IMG/VR virus record: IMGVR_UViG_3300025635_000020
Origin: an uncultured virus (IMG/VR IMGVR_UViG_3300025635_000020)
Taxonomy: Duplodnaviria > Heunggongvirae > Uroviricota > Caudoviricetes
DNA: 64,000 nucleotides
Strand: one strand, 5' to 3'
A model generated the notes under the pieces. That model was not told the DNA's origin, did not search any database, and saw only the letters and a list, made by a program, of their open reading frames with translations. Both the position numbers and the translations under genes were made by a program. This document shows, piece after piece, positions 28,446 to 39,000 of the stretch. How positions within the stretch are numbered: the stretch's first letter is position 1; the number at the start of each line of letters is the position of its first letter.

Positions 28446-29320
28446 TAGATATCCTTCATGTTCATACGACCAAATGGAGGATCACCTTTAACATTTTGCC
28501 ATAATGCACGGTTACTTAATATTTCAACCCAAACATTTGGTTCGGGTTTGTTAAGAGACCAAAAATCAAATTTTACATGACTACTAATAGGACGACAATA
28601 CAACGTTCTTTCGCTGGGTACACATAGTTCTTGTGACGTAGTTCGGAACTGGTCCTTTTCGGTACTCATTCTCATTATATTTAGTTGTGGGTGAGTGGTA
28701 TTGACTCTGCACATGCCATCTACTAAATCTTGTGGAGTCTTGGCATGTTTGACCACGTGTTGAGCTTGTAATAATCGTGCTTCACTGCTGATTCTATCAG
28801 CAGTTTGTTGTTTGTCGTTGCGCCGGCGTTGAAAGCTGGCCCAAGGTAACCAAATTCCATGATTGGTTCTGGCTACTGTTTCAGTTGTTGGTATTTTTTT
28901 TACAACGTGTCTGTAGGGTCTTGATCCATCTTGATCACTTGCTTCAACAAGAAACATATTTTCTTTGTCAAATACAATGGTGCATCCAACTAATTTCTTT
29001 TTGATCACATAATGCACAGCATCCAGTGCGTTATCATGTAGCAACGCAGTAGCAATTATTGCACCATCAGGACTGCTTTTTGCATTGCCAGTTTCAACGT
29101 CAGGCTCATCTTCAAGTACATCCAAACTTGTGTTTAGTATGCTGACACCGTGGCTGTTAATACCTTCTTTATAGCCAGTGACCTGATCATGCATCATCAT
29201 TCTACCAATGCCGCGTTTAGATGACTCAATAAAATCAAGTGTGGGTATGTATTTGCGGTCGCGATTTTTAGCGCCTGACCAGCCTATACCAGGAAAGTAT
29301 TTGGCAACTATGATGCACAT
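28445..29320 (-). CDS. N-terminal-nucleophile (Cys) hydrolase, C45/choloylglycine-hydrolase/NRDE-like
   Basis: MC start, KNRD, EGINSHG, RTNHG, SSxxR motifs. Confidence 0.7.
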   Translation of the reverse strand: MCIIVAKYFPGIGWSGAKNRDRKYIPTLDFIESSKRGIGRMMMHDQVTGYKEGINSHGVSILNTSLDVLEDEPDVETGNAKSSPDGAIIATALLHDNALDAVHYVIKKKLVGCTIVFDKENMFLVEASDQDGSRPYRHVVKKIPTTETVARTNHGIWLPWASFQRRRNDKQQTADRISSEARLLQAQHVVKHAKTPQDLVDGMCRVNTTHPQLNIMRMSTEKDQFRTTSQELCVPSERTLYCRPISSHVKFDFWSLNKPEPNVWVEILSNRALWQNVKGDPPFGRMNMKDI

Positions 29321-29322
29321 GG

Positions 29323-29706
29323 TTACCTCTTGTAACCTTTGAATGCGGTTACAGGGCTGGTTCGATTAGTGGTAGTGGGCTCTTGGCTACCGTTGCTGAT
29401 TCCATCTCGCGGCTTCATTCTTAATTTTTTCATTATGGCCTTGAGCTTTTGGCGATCATGTTCGGTATAGGCGCTGAACATAGGAAGGTTGCCAAAAAAA
29501 CTTACTTCGTCTACTTTGTCTATATCTGCTGGATCCATGCCAGCCAATGAACTCACACGGTAATGATCGTAATATCGTCCCCAGTAGATGTCACCGTTAC
29601 CTCCAGGTACTACCATGCCTGGGTGTGCTCGCTCAAATTCATGAGGAGGGGCAGATCTTTTACCCAGGGGGTCTGAGTCTTCGGAAATAAATTCCCGGGC
29701 TCGCAT
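29323..29706 (-). CDS. MRAREF-motif protein, paralogue 3
   Basis: MRAREFISE...YYDHYRVSSLAG...SPVTAFKGYKR. Confidence 0.75.
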   Translation of the reverse strand: MRAREFISEDSDPLGKRSAPPHEFERAHPGMVVPGGNGDIYWGRYYDHYRVSSLAGMDPADIDKVDEVSFFGNLPMFSAYTEHDRQKLKAIMKKLRMKPRDGISNGSQEPTTTNRTSPVTAFKGYKR

Positions 29707-30032
29707 TAGTTGCTTCCTGTGCCTAAAACAGCATAAGCAGCAGAACTTTGTGTTCCCACTTCTCGTGCTGTAAAGTTAGATCCAGTAATTGTCAAATAAT
29801 TGCCCGCGCCAACAAAGTGAGTTTGTGTTTGGCCTGACGGCACACTAACAGCGTTAGAATATATATTACCAACTGCCGCCACCGCCACTGCTGGCACACC
29901 ATTGCTTTGAATAAAATTCAATGCAGGTGCATAAACGTTAAAAGTAACCGCGGTGTTGCCTGTAGATATTGCAACTTTATCAGTGTACCATTGCGCATTT
30001 GCAACGCTTGTATAAACATTGGCTTGGCTCAT
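29706..30032 (-). CDS. small beta-rich putative virion protein
   Basis: 108 aa, Ala/Thr/Gly/Asn-rich; its stop overlaps the next start (TAATG). Confidence 0.65.
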   Translation of the reverse strand: MSQANVYTSVANAQWYTDKVAISTGNTAVTFNVYAPALNFIQSNGVPAVAVAAVGNIYSNAVSVPSGQTQTHFVGAGNYLTITGSNFTAREVGTQSSAAYAVLGTGSN

Positions 30033-30196
30033 TGCTTATTGTCTTTCTGAGGAACATATGGTTGGTACAGCTGACGACTTTGGTGCAAAACACCAGGAAT
30101 CTCTACCGGCTGTTGTTTATATCCCGACGTTGCAGGACTGTGCGGGTTCTGCTGTGTGGGAGTGGTTAAATTTTCATTGTAGGGCTTGTAGGTCAT
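30029..30196 (-). CDS. 55-aa Pro/Gln-rich ORF missing from the supplied track
   Basis: Hand translation MTYKPYNENLTTPTQQNPHSPATSGYKQQPVEIPGVLHQSRQLYQPYVPQKDNKQ; GGAG RBS, starts just after the upstream stop, ATGA-coupled downstream. Confidence 0.7.
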   Translation of the reverse strand: MTYKPYNENLTTPTQQNPHSPATSGYKQQPVEIPGVLHQSRQLYQPYVPQKDNKQ

Positions 30197-30197
30197 G

Positions 30198-32216
30198 TCA
30201 AACTCCAGCCTGAATTTTATATTCTTTCCAAAGATTAGCAGTGGCAGTTAGAATACTCTCGTCTACCTTCTTTTCTTCTTTGTCATCAACCGCCTTCTTG
30301 AAAGATTCTTCTTTGTCGCCGTCTTTGTCAACGTCTAAGAAATCTGGTTTAGCGGCTTCTTTAATGCCGGCCATTTCCTTGATACGAGCCAATTCAGTAT
30401 CCTCTCTCATTGGACCCTGACGTTGATCCTGGCGGTTAAACGGAGCACCAACTGTTTGACCAGTTGACTTAGGTTTGTTTAGACCACCAGCGTATTGCAA
30501 CGCATCATCTGATGTTTCGGTGTTGGTAGGATAGTCTGGGCTGTTTTGGTCTACAACATTGTCACCATAGGCTTCGTCCATTTTTCCTTCGCAACCACAG
30601 TCAGCAGAACCACAGGCAGGGCAAACTTCACCATCTTCGTGACCACCAACAGCCTGACGAATTTTGTCAGCAAGATCTTCGGCGCCGTGTACTTCAATAG
30701 CGCCGGGGTGATCTAGATCAGCGCCGCCTTCGGCGCCTAGACCTGCGTTCTTTAACAAGTCGCTGAGTTTCATAGCGTCATCATCTGTGGCGGTTACTGT
30801 TAGGCTTTTACTGGGGCCTCCAGCTGAATCATTGCTCATGTTCATGCTGATATTCATTGATTCAGCAATCATGGTTTCTAGTTCATGATTCATTGAATCA
30901 TAAATGCCTTTGCCAAACGAAAAGCCGCTTGATGCTGTGGGAGTATCTGTGCCACCTTGCTCTTTGACTTTCTTGGGCTTGTCTTTGTCTGCGCTTTCTT
31001 CTTTTTTCTTTTCAGGCAGACCTTTGTGTTTGGTTTTAGCAAAGTCTTCAGCGTCAGATTTCTTCATTGATTTGGCTACTTTGGCAACTTCTTTACTAGC
31101 TGGTTTTTCACCTTTTTGTGCGGCGTGTACCATGCCCATAAAACGTTGCTGAGCTTTGCTTACTGCTTTTTCTTCTAACGGTGAGACACTATAACCATTC
31201 TCTTCGAGAGCGGCAATGGCTTCTTCGATTTCTTCACGAGTCATTAGCTTGCTGCGGCCACTGGGACCTTTGGCGCCCATGGCTTTTTTGCTACCTTTCG
31301 GACGACCACGACCACGCTTTTCTCCGTCAGCTGGTGTGTCATCGTCGGCGCCCACACTCATGCCTTGATCGTCAACACGGCGTGTTACTTTTCGTCCAGT
31401 TGCTGTGTGTTCAATGTCATGTTTGTGACCACGCTCAACATCACCAACTCGAGCAGAACGACGTCGTTCAACGTCTTTCAGCATGTCTTCCCAACCTTCG
31501 TCGGTTTCTTGCTTGGCACCTTTGCGCAACATCTCAAAGTCATTGGCATCCAACTTGCCGTTGTTGTTTTTGTCAAGTTTCTTTTGTTTGGGAGTCAGTG
31601 CGCTTTTGATGGCTTCGGCAGCCACGTCGCCCAGCATCTCGTCAACTTCTTTTTTGGCGCCGGCAATCTTGTCAGCAAAATCACCGCCAGGTTTTTTACC
31701 TGTTTGTGGTACGCCAACTTTTTTCTGCAGGTCTTTTAACAATGCCTCGTCGTCAGGAGCAACGGTGTCTAAAACTTTGCGTCCAGCTTTTTTCAGTGTG
31801 TCAACTACGCCTTCTTCTACGTCCTCATGCTTGGCACGAAGTTTGGCCAGCACAGCGCCGGCTACTTTTTCACCACGCTCTTTAGAACCATAACGCTCGC
31901 CAGCTGACTTGGCAATCTTTTCAAAGTTCTTGCCTGGCTTGCCAATGTCCTTGCCAGCACGAGCCTTCTTGGCTGAGTAGTTGCCGGTAGAACCTTCTTC
32001 CACTGACTCGTCATACTTGTCATACTTCTTACGAATTGGATCAAGAGCTTTGCCTTCACGACCAGCCTTGGCCAACGCTTCCATGCCTTCCTTGCCATAC
32101 TTTTCATAGCCCTTGGCCGCACGGCTCATGTCACGCTCGTTGAGTTGCTGATGTGTGACTTCTGGCTTCTCGCGAATGCTGTCTAGTTTTTTATTTAGGT
32201 CATAGAAAAATGTCAT
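30198..32216 (-). CDS. highly charged putative prohead core/internal protein
   Basis: 672 aa, K/E/D-rich; DUF3008-like segment KAVSKAQQRFMGMV...DFAKTKHKGLPEKK; two Dx[DN]x[DN]G motifs; repeated (V/L/I)xE motifs. Confidence 0.6.
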   Translation of the reverse strand: MTFFYDLNKKLDSIREKPEVTHQQLNERDMSRAAKGYEKYGKEGMEALAKAGREGKALDPIRKKYDKYDESVEEGSTGNYSAKKARAGKDIGKPGKNFEKIAKSAGERYGSKERGEKVAGAVLAKLRAKHEDVEEGVVDTLKKAGRKVLDTVAPDDEALLKDLQKKVGVPQTGKKPGGDFADKIAGAKKEVDEMLGDVAAEAIKSALTPKQKKLDKNNNGKLDANDFEMLRKGAKQETDEGWEDMLKDVERRRSARVGDVERGHKHDIEHTATGRKVTRRVDDQGMSVGADDDTPADGEKRGRGRPKGSKKAMGAKGPSGRSKLMTREEIEEAIAALEENGYSVSPLEEKAVSKAQQRFMGMVHAAQKGEKPASKEVAKVAKSMKKSDAEDFAKTKHKGLPEKKKEESADKDKPKKVKEQGGTDTPTASSGFSFGKGIYDSMNHELETMIAESMNISMNMSNDSAGGPSKSLTVTATDDDAMKLSDLLKNAGLGAEGGADLDHPGAIEVHGAEDLADKIRQAVGGHEDGEVCPACGSADCGCEGKMDEAYGDNVVDQNSPDYPTNTETSDDALQYAGGLNKPKSTGQTVGAPFNRQDQRQGPMREDTELARIKEMAGIKEAAKPDFLDVDKDGDKEESFKKAVDDKEEKKVDESILTATANLWKEYKIQAGV

Positions 32217-32221
32217 TGGAA

Positions 32222-32830
32222 TTATCCTCGAGGTTGTGCGCCAGTGGCTGGCTTGGGTTGACGTTTGATATTGCTAAAGGGACTCTGGTCTCCCATGGGC
32301 AATTCGTTTGTTGTTTTGGCAGGTGCTGTTTGACCACCAGCTACTGTAAAGTCGCTCTTGTAAGCGTTCTTTACAACTTCATGATCGTAAGGACCAGTTG
32401 CATAATCTTTGCTTAATGCTTTTTGCTCTCGGTCAGGAGCAGGATATGTGGGATCGTCTAGCAAGTCTTTGTTTTCATCATCAATCTTCACAGACTCTGA
32501 ATCCATGCTTTCTTCATAAGGTGTAGTATTCATCACAATACGATTTGGATCTAACCCAAGCAATTGTGCCAACTGTTTGATCTGTGGCTCAATGGCTGGA
32601 TATTTGAACTCTACATCAATTCTGGTTACTGATTGATTAGGAAATGCCGGAAAGTCTGGAATAACTTTACGAACTGGAGTGCTTTTAGGTGTTGACATTT
32701 TTACAACGTCAAACTGAGCACACTTTTCCTTTAGATTTTTAAAAAAGCCTTCGGGAACTTCTCCAACTACTTTGATGCGATAGTTGTATGTACGTTCGCT
32801 TTCGGCTAGGTATTTTGCAAATGGTTTCAT
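32222..32830 (-). CDS. putative internal head protein
   Basis: N-terminus MKPFAKYLAE resembles the T4 capsid-targeting sequence; TAAATA at 32849-32854 and AGGA RBS. Confidence 0.6.
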   Translation of the reverse strand: MKPFAKYLAESERTYNYRIKVVGEVPEGFFKNLKEKCAQFDVVKMSTPKSTPVRKVIPDFPAFPNQSVTRIDVEFKYPAIEPQIKQLAQLLGLDPNRIVMNTTPYEESMDSESVKIDDENKDLLDDPTYPAPDREQKALSKDYATGPYDHEVVKNAYKSDFTVAGGQTAPAKTTNELPMGDQSPFSNIKRQPKPATGAQPRG

Positions 32831-32851
32831 GTTCAGTGTCCTGTTGTATAT

Positions 32852-33358
32852 TTATTCTTTTTGCGTGTTTTGTCTTTTACCAATTATGCGATCAAGCAAA
32901 TCATTACGGCTTAGAACCACCCCATGTGCTGTTTGTGAAGATATTGTGCCCTCAGAATCTTTGGAATCTATCACCTGCTGTTGTTGATCTAAGCGCATTT
33001 TTTTCATCTGTAGATCAATCATCTTGAGCTTTTTGTCCAGCTTGGCTGTCTTAGCTGTAATTGCATGCCCCAGCATGTTTGATGCTACTGAAAATATTTC
33101 ACTAGCAAAACGGCTGTCCACTTGCATGCCTAGATCTGTCAGATCTTTATATCCAGCAACCGCAAGTGAGGCTAACTCATCCATTTCTTGATCGCTAGAT
33201 TCTAATCCTCTAACTTGTGGTAGTGCTGCTTCAACTTTATCAATTGCTTCGTCCAACGCCTGCATTTTTTCTTTGTTTTCCAATAGCGACGGGACTGACG
33301 TGTTAATATCATCTTCGGTAGGAGGTAGGTCAAACAATTCCGCTAATTTTTTTGTCAT
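32852..33358 (-). CDS. probable terminase small subunit (T4 gp16-like)
   Basis: Size, helical SRFASEIFSVASNML...KLKMIDLQ core and C-terminal VVLSRNDLL recall gp16; TAAATA 4 nt upstream. Confidence 0.5.
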   Translation of the reverse strand: MTKKLAELFDLPPTEDDINTSVPSLLENKEKMQALDEAIDKVEAALPQVRGLESSDQEMDELASLAVAGYKDLTDLGMQVDSRFASEIFSVASNMLGHAITAKTAKLDKKLKMIDLQMKKMRLDQQQQVIDSKDSEGTISSQTAHGVVLSRNDLLDRIIGKRQNTQKE

Positions 33359-33373
33359 ACCATATTTAGTGGT

Positions 33374-33805
33374 TTAGACACGACCGTTGTGAAACATGTC
33401 CTGCTCTGTAACCACTCTAAATGTTAGTCCTTGTCGTTGGCACCATTTAGTTGCAGCTTGCCATTTAGCATAGTTAATGGCTACCACAGCTCGATCTCGG
33501 CTGCTCATTTTTGACTCTATCACACTTTGTTTTTTTGGTTTGATTTCTATCAATTCGGCTCGCATAGTATTGTTGCGAGTGCGATAAGTTATCAAAAAGT
33601 CTGGCACATACACAGTTTGCTTGCCTGTGAGTGGGTGTCTGTAGGGTATTTGTACTGCTTCGCTAGCCCATTGAATCACAGCATTGTTAGAATCACAAAA
33701 CCGCATGAAGCTGAGTTCCCAACCAGATCTATATCTTGGCTTGCCTGAGCCTACGTATTTGGCAGGGTTTTGAATGTCATAGTACCCCTGTGCCCAGCGA
33801 GCCAT
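33374..33805 (-). CDS. head completion nuclease (T4 gp4-like, TnsA fold)
   Basis: NPAKYVG, YRSGWE, WASE, YVPDF, EIKP, N.AKW.AA. Confidence 0.9.
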   Translation of the reverse strand: MARWAQGYYDIQNPAKYVGSGKPRYRSGWELSFMRFCDSNNAVIQWASEAVQIPYRHPLTGKQTVYVPDFLITYRTRNNTMRAELIEIKPKKQSVIESKMSSRDRAVVAINYAKWQAATKWCQRQGLTFRVVTEQDMFHNGRV

Positions 33806-34179
33806 TACTGCACCACATTTCTAGCTGCATAATAGTTTGGTACCACAGCCACTCCAACACCCAATAAAGTTGCCCTGTTACGAATGCTGTTGAGATAATA
33901 GGCCATATTCAAATCTAGGCTCATTGAGTTGCCGACACCGCCACCGCTGGCTTGAAATGATTCTAACAATGTCAGTGCTGGAATCTTGGTATCTTCGGCC
34001 ACTTTAAACAAACTCACAGTAAAGTTATCTGCTGCTTGTTTACTGGTCATCACTGATCGAAAATAGCTGTGAACCACATCATATTCGCCTACAGGAATGT
34101 CAACATCGTACTCGTAAAAAGTGTCAAAGACTCGCACAGTTTGATCAATGCGATAATTAGTATCGTTAATGGTTGACAT
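33805..34179 (-). CDS. hypothetical protein in the tail operon
   Basis: 124-aa ORF tightly packed between neighbours. Confidence 0.7.
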   Translation of the reverse strand: MSTINDTNYRIDQTVRVFDTFYEYDVDIPVGEYDVVHSYFRSVMTSKQAADNFTVSLFKVAEDTKIPALTLLESFQASGGGVGNSMSLDLNMAYYLNSIRNRATLLGVGVAVVPNYYAARNVVQ

Positions 34180-34181
34180 GA

Positions 34182-35327
34182 TTATCTACCTGTGGTGTTG
34201 TTACTAGGACTCTGTGGACTGGGAAAATACATGCCGCTGGAACGACCTGGAATACTACGAATTGCACCAGGAATAGCACCCTGAATACTCTTGACTCCTT
34301 GAGCCACTGCTTCGCTAGTAGCAATACTAGCAATGTTTTTGCCTTTGAAAGTATTATAGACCGTGCCGGCTTTTTGCACAGCACCAATTGCACCCAACAA
34401 TCCACCACTTTGTAAATCTTCCAATATACCACCTCCTGCATCTAACAAACCGCCTTGCCCAAAAACGGTGGCTCTAGAACCTGGACGAGCGATTGGACTT
34501 GTAGTTGTATCATAATGACTTGGGTCAGCAAACCCTTGAACATTGATATCAGGTCTTTGATTGCCAATAGCACCAGAATAATATTTAACGGTTTCATATG
34601 CAATGGTCATGGTATTTTGCATGGTGCCGGCGCCTTCACTGTAATTGTATTGGTCATGGTTCCAAGCAGTAATAATAGGATTTATCAACACATATTCAGC
34701 AAATTTATGTTGATCCATTCCATATATACGAATGTCTCTAAAAAATGGTGGTTTTCCTGACGCAGAACTAGTACCGTCATTGAATGCTTCGCCAATAAAG
34801 CCCCAATCATTGACATTACCTAATCTTTGGTTTTCGTAAATATCTCTAGCATTATAGCCAAATCCATTTGCTTTGTTTCCGCTGGGTCCAAGACTGCCGT
34901 TAGTGCTATTAGGTGCAAGATAAGTCTGGCTAGGATCTTTGTAGTAGTAGCTAAAATAGTTATACCACATGTTTCTTACATTGTCTCCTGAATCATCATG
35001 AAATGTAAGAGTAACAGGATCGTAATTTATTTTTGTCTGTACAACACGTTTGCGGTTATACTGATTCATTGTTTCATTAGTAATATTGTATTTGGGTAGG
35101 TCTACGGTTTTTACTACGTAGCTTAGATTTTGTGCTTCTTGTGTGCCAATGACTTTTGAAATGGCAGGAATATCAGTATTAAGCGTAAAGCTGACGTGAA
35201 AAAGGAACTTGTACCGAGGTTTAAGTTCAAATGCGTTTGAGGTAAAGGTTTTACTTGCGTGAGTATAATCACGCAAGTTGTTTGAATTAGTAAATCCTTG
35301 CCAAAGTTGTTGGCCAAATGTTGGCAT
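34182..35327 (-). CDS. tail-tube-like protein (T4 gp54/gp19-like initiator)
   Basis: VKTVDLP, YDPVTLTFHDD, YVLINPII, TIAYE tube-fold pattern; next to the tube gene. Confidence 0.7.
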   Translation of the reverse strand: MPTFGQQLWQGFTNSNNLRDYTHASKTFTSNAFELKPRYKFLFHVSFTLNTDIPAISKVIGTQEAQNLSYVVKTVDLPKYNITNETMNQYNRKRVVQTKINYDPVTLTFHDDSGDNVRNMWYNYFSYYYKDPSQTYLAPNSTNGSLGPSGNKANGFGYNARDIYENQRLGNVNDWGFIGEAFNDGTSSASGKPPFFRDIRIYGMDQHKFAEYVLINPIITAWNHDQYNYSEGAGTMQNTMTIAYETVKYYSGAIGNQRPDINVQGFADPSHYDTTTSPIARPGSRATVFGQGGLLDAGGGILEDLQSGGLLGAIGAVQKAGTVYNTFKGKNIASIATSEAVAQGVKSIQGAIPGAIRSIPGRSSGMYFPSPQSPSNNTTGR

Positions 35328-35338
35328 GTTAGGCCGCC

Positions 35339-35974
35339 TTAGACAGCGCCGTTGCCAGCACCTGTTACAACGTCACCAATGGTTCTACCAATTGCTGTGC
35401 CGACTCCGGTACCGTTAGGTGTCTGGTTAGCGTTATCGTAGGCAATTGTCATATTAACTGTGACACCTTCATTGGTGCCGTAGTTCAATTCGCCGTAGTC
35501 TGCACCTTTCAAATAACATCCATACAGTTCCCAGGTTTCAAGAACCACTGGAGTTGCGGCACCGTTGCCACCGTCTAGTATTTCAATCTTGGTCAAGAAT
35601 TTGTAATCAATACCAGAAGCTGCCGAAGCCATTTCCAAGAAGTCCATTTGCTTCTGTAGTTGCTCGCCGATCAACTTGCTTACGCTACCACTCGCGTCAT
35701 CACGCACTGAGCAAGCAACGTCTGCCCAAGTATGGCGACCGGCCAGTTTCAATGTTGAGTTATAAATCGGCAATGCGATTTCTTCAAATGTCAAGTTAGG
35801 ACGAGCCACGCTCACCACTTGCTTGGTTAATTCTGTTGTTGGCTTTGAAATGCCAAAGTTTTCAAACATCACTCTAAAGCGATATTTGAGTTTTGGCATC
35901 AACAAACCCTGTACGCTAGAGCTTTGATCGCTAGCTAGTGGTACTGTCATGCGCTGTAATGATGAAACTGCCAT
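35339..35974 (-). CDS. tail tube protein (gp19-like)
   Basis: PKLKYRFRV, RP..., LAGRHTW, WELYGC, YGELNY, TIAYD; directly downstream of the sheath gene; TAAATA (35994-35999) plus AGGAG RBS. Confidence 0.85.
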   Translation of the reverse strand: MAVSSLQRMTVPLASDQSSSVQGLLMPKLKYRFRVMFENFGISKPTTELTKQVVSVARPNLTFEEIALPIYNSTLKLAGRHTWADVACSVRDDASGSVSKLIGEQLQKQMDFLEMASAASGIDYKFLTKIEILDGGNGAATPVVLETWELYGCYLKGADYGELNYGTNEGVTVNMTIAYDNANQTPNGTGVGTAIGRTIGDVVTGAGNGAV

Positions 35975-36007
35975 TTGTTATCTCCTATGTGTTTATTTAC
36001 CTGGATT

Positions 36008-36035
36008 GGTAGGCGGTCGAAACCGCCACCTTTTT
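36008..36035. terminator. GC-rich stem-loop between sheath and tube genes
   Basis: GGCGGT-CGAA-ACCGCC; UUCG loop on the minus strand, T5 run on the plus strand. Confidence 0.5.
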
Positions 36036-39000
36036 AAACTCCAGCGCCTCCAGCGATTTCACCAGTGTTCTTGATACGCAACGGAATGTAGATAAATTCC
36101 ACCGCTTTTACTGGTTCTATGGCAATATCAACCCACAGTTCGTTGCGATCAATGCGTGCTGGTGTGTTGTTACTCAAGTCACAAACCACCAAATAGTCAT
36201 AGATTGCACGTTTTGCAACCAAGTCAATCATCAAGCTATTGCATGTGTTTGTTATCTCGTTGCGTGTGATTTGATCGTTAGGTTCAAACAAGTATAGTTT
36301 GCCAATTTCTTCTAGGCGGCCACGCAAGAATGCAACCAAACGTGCAACGTTGATGCGATCCAATGCTGTGGTAGTCACAGTTGATGTCTTGTTACCAAAG
36401 TTAGTAATACCAACTCCTGGAATAAACGTAATTGGATTAATGTTACGCTCATATAGAATGTCACGTACACTTTGACTTACACCAATTTGATTGAATTCGC
36501 CTGTTGCAGCGTCAATGTAACCAATTGAGCTAGCGTTGTCAATTACACCACGACGTGTACCAGCTGGAGCTAACCATGGATAGCTTGCTGCATCGCTACG
36601 TAGAATTGTGCGCACCATCATATGACTTGGTGGTTGTACAACTGTATTACCGCTTAGGTCAGTAGTTTGGCAACTTGGGTAGAACACACCGCAATAGTTA
36701 CTTGTTGCTGAATTACCGTCTTCTGTGGCCAAGCCCAGTCCATTATTGTTAGTTGCCCATTCAACCAAACTATTACCATCTGGTCCCAAGCGCATTGGTG
36801 TGTCGCCTACAACAAACAATGTGTTGTTGCGCTCGTTACTGAGTGCAATCATGTTTGGTGTCAACTCTGGATAAGCAGGTGTGGCAATAATATTGTACTG
36901 GTTTTGTTCTTCACGTGCTGATACGCTGGTGTCAATACCAGCTTTTAATGCAGACACAATCAGTTGACGTTGTGCTAGTCGACCAGACCACATGCTGCCA
37001 TTGTCTTTGTTGCCACTGGCGGTGAGCCAGGTGTTTAGATTGATCGCAGCCCAATATGTGCCATTGCTAGGGTTCTGGTTAGCAGTGGGAGCCAATATAC
37101 ACACATAAATGTTATTATTGTAGCTTACAAAATCATTGTAGGCATAAGTGGCAGTGCTAGACCAAGAGTCAATGGCATAGTCAGTTGCTGAGGTTGTAAA
37201 GTAGTTTTGTTGGAAACTCTTGACATTGTATCCTGAGCGACGTGTGTTAAACAACAACATGCCTTGGGGGTACAATGAAGGATCTGGAGCATCAGGATCT
37301 AGGTAACTGCTAGTTAGTAGATCACTAATACTAGGAATAGCGTCTGCTACGGGATCCGTGGTACCGTTAGGCGCCCATCGTGCATCAGCAAACAATATAC
37401 CATTCTGTGTGACCTGATCTGACGTGTCAATTTCAACCCACTGGTCAAGTCCGTTTACACTTTCCCAACGATATAACTTGGGATAATTTTCCAAATCTGA
37501 TGTGTCAATCCAAAGATCTCCATACGCCAAAGGACTTTCAGCTGTGTTTGTTTGTGTAGTTGGTGCTGTAGCCGAAATAATGGGTCCAGTAGCATTACAT
37601 AAGGTCAAATCATAACCACGAACATCATTGGTAACCAGCTGATATCCTTGCCAAGAGCCGTTGTCTTGAATCATGATATCTGCTTCGTCAACTGAACTGT
37701 AATACCATAATCTTCCGTCTGCTGGATCTTGATCCGGAGCAGTTGAACTTGAACTGTAGGTAAACAACGGATCAGTTACAAAATTACTCAACACCAGGCC
37801 AATTGCGCTGACTGGACTTTGACGTACTTTGTCTGTAGATGTAGTAAAACCTGCTGTTGTTGCAGGGGTGCCACTGGTGTTGGCTAAAAATATAGTACCG
37901 CCTTGGCTGTGTGTAAACACAATGTTGCCTGCGGTGTTAACGCTAGCAGACACATGCGGCACGTTGGCTGCAGACACTGCCGTAATAAAATCTGCCACAG
38001 TACCTGTACCACCAATGGTAACTGTTCCAGAATTGTTAAAACTTTGTCCTGCAGCAGTACCTGTTAATGTAAAAGTATTGCCAACAGTAAATGCATTACC
38101 TGTTGGTGTAGTGGTTCCTGTTACTTCTGTAGCACCAATTGCATATCGATTTAAAATTTCAAATGCAAATGTTATAAGTGGAGTAGTTTGATAGAAAAAA
38201 TTATCAAACAGTACATAACTTGTTCCTACAGGAATATTCTTGCCGCCACCACTGGGGTCAAGTCCATAAAGTGCAGCAGTGTCATTGGCATAAGCTGGCA
38301 CTGTTTGTGATACAAAAGCACCCAAAGTGGCGCTGTATGACTTGAAGCTCAAGTTTAAACCATTGTTGGCTGTGGAAAGATTTTGCCACACAGAACCGGT
38401 TGGGCGGCCGCCGTCACTGTCAGTGGTTCTCCAACGTGGCTGTTCATAACTGTAAGATGGGTTATATTCTGGGGCGGCATACTCACCTGCGGAGATCCCC
38501 AAAGCAGTGAGCAAGGCCGAGCCACCCACAGTGCCTACATCAATAGTAACAATACCATTGTTGCTCAGCGTTGATCCATCATTGGCAGCCGTGCTGTCTG
38601 CATAGATACGCAATACATTGTTTGTAGCAGTGGCAGTAACTCCTGTGATACCTGTTATAGCTCCAGCCAAGCCTGCTACTGTGTTGTTGGGTGCCACTGG
38701 AACAGTTATCAAACTATCGTTGATAAAGATGTTGCTACCTGCTGTCAGCACGGTTGGGGCCGCAGATCCCGTAATTGTGGGCCATGAAGTTTTCCAAGCG
38801 TCGCTGCCAATCTGGTTCCAGGTGTTGTCATATTTTTTATAGTATCCAAATATGTTTACACCCACTGCAACTACAGCATAATCACCAATTGATCCAATTG
38901 AATCCTTGGGAGTATTTCCAGCAATTGTGTCGTCCCCACTTACACAGTCTGTAGCATCTGTAATCACCAATGGTACAACATTGGTAAATGTAGCATTGAT

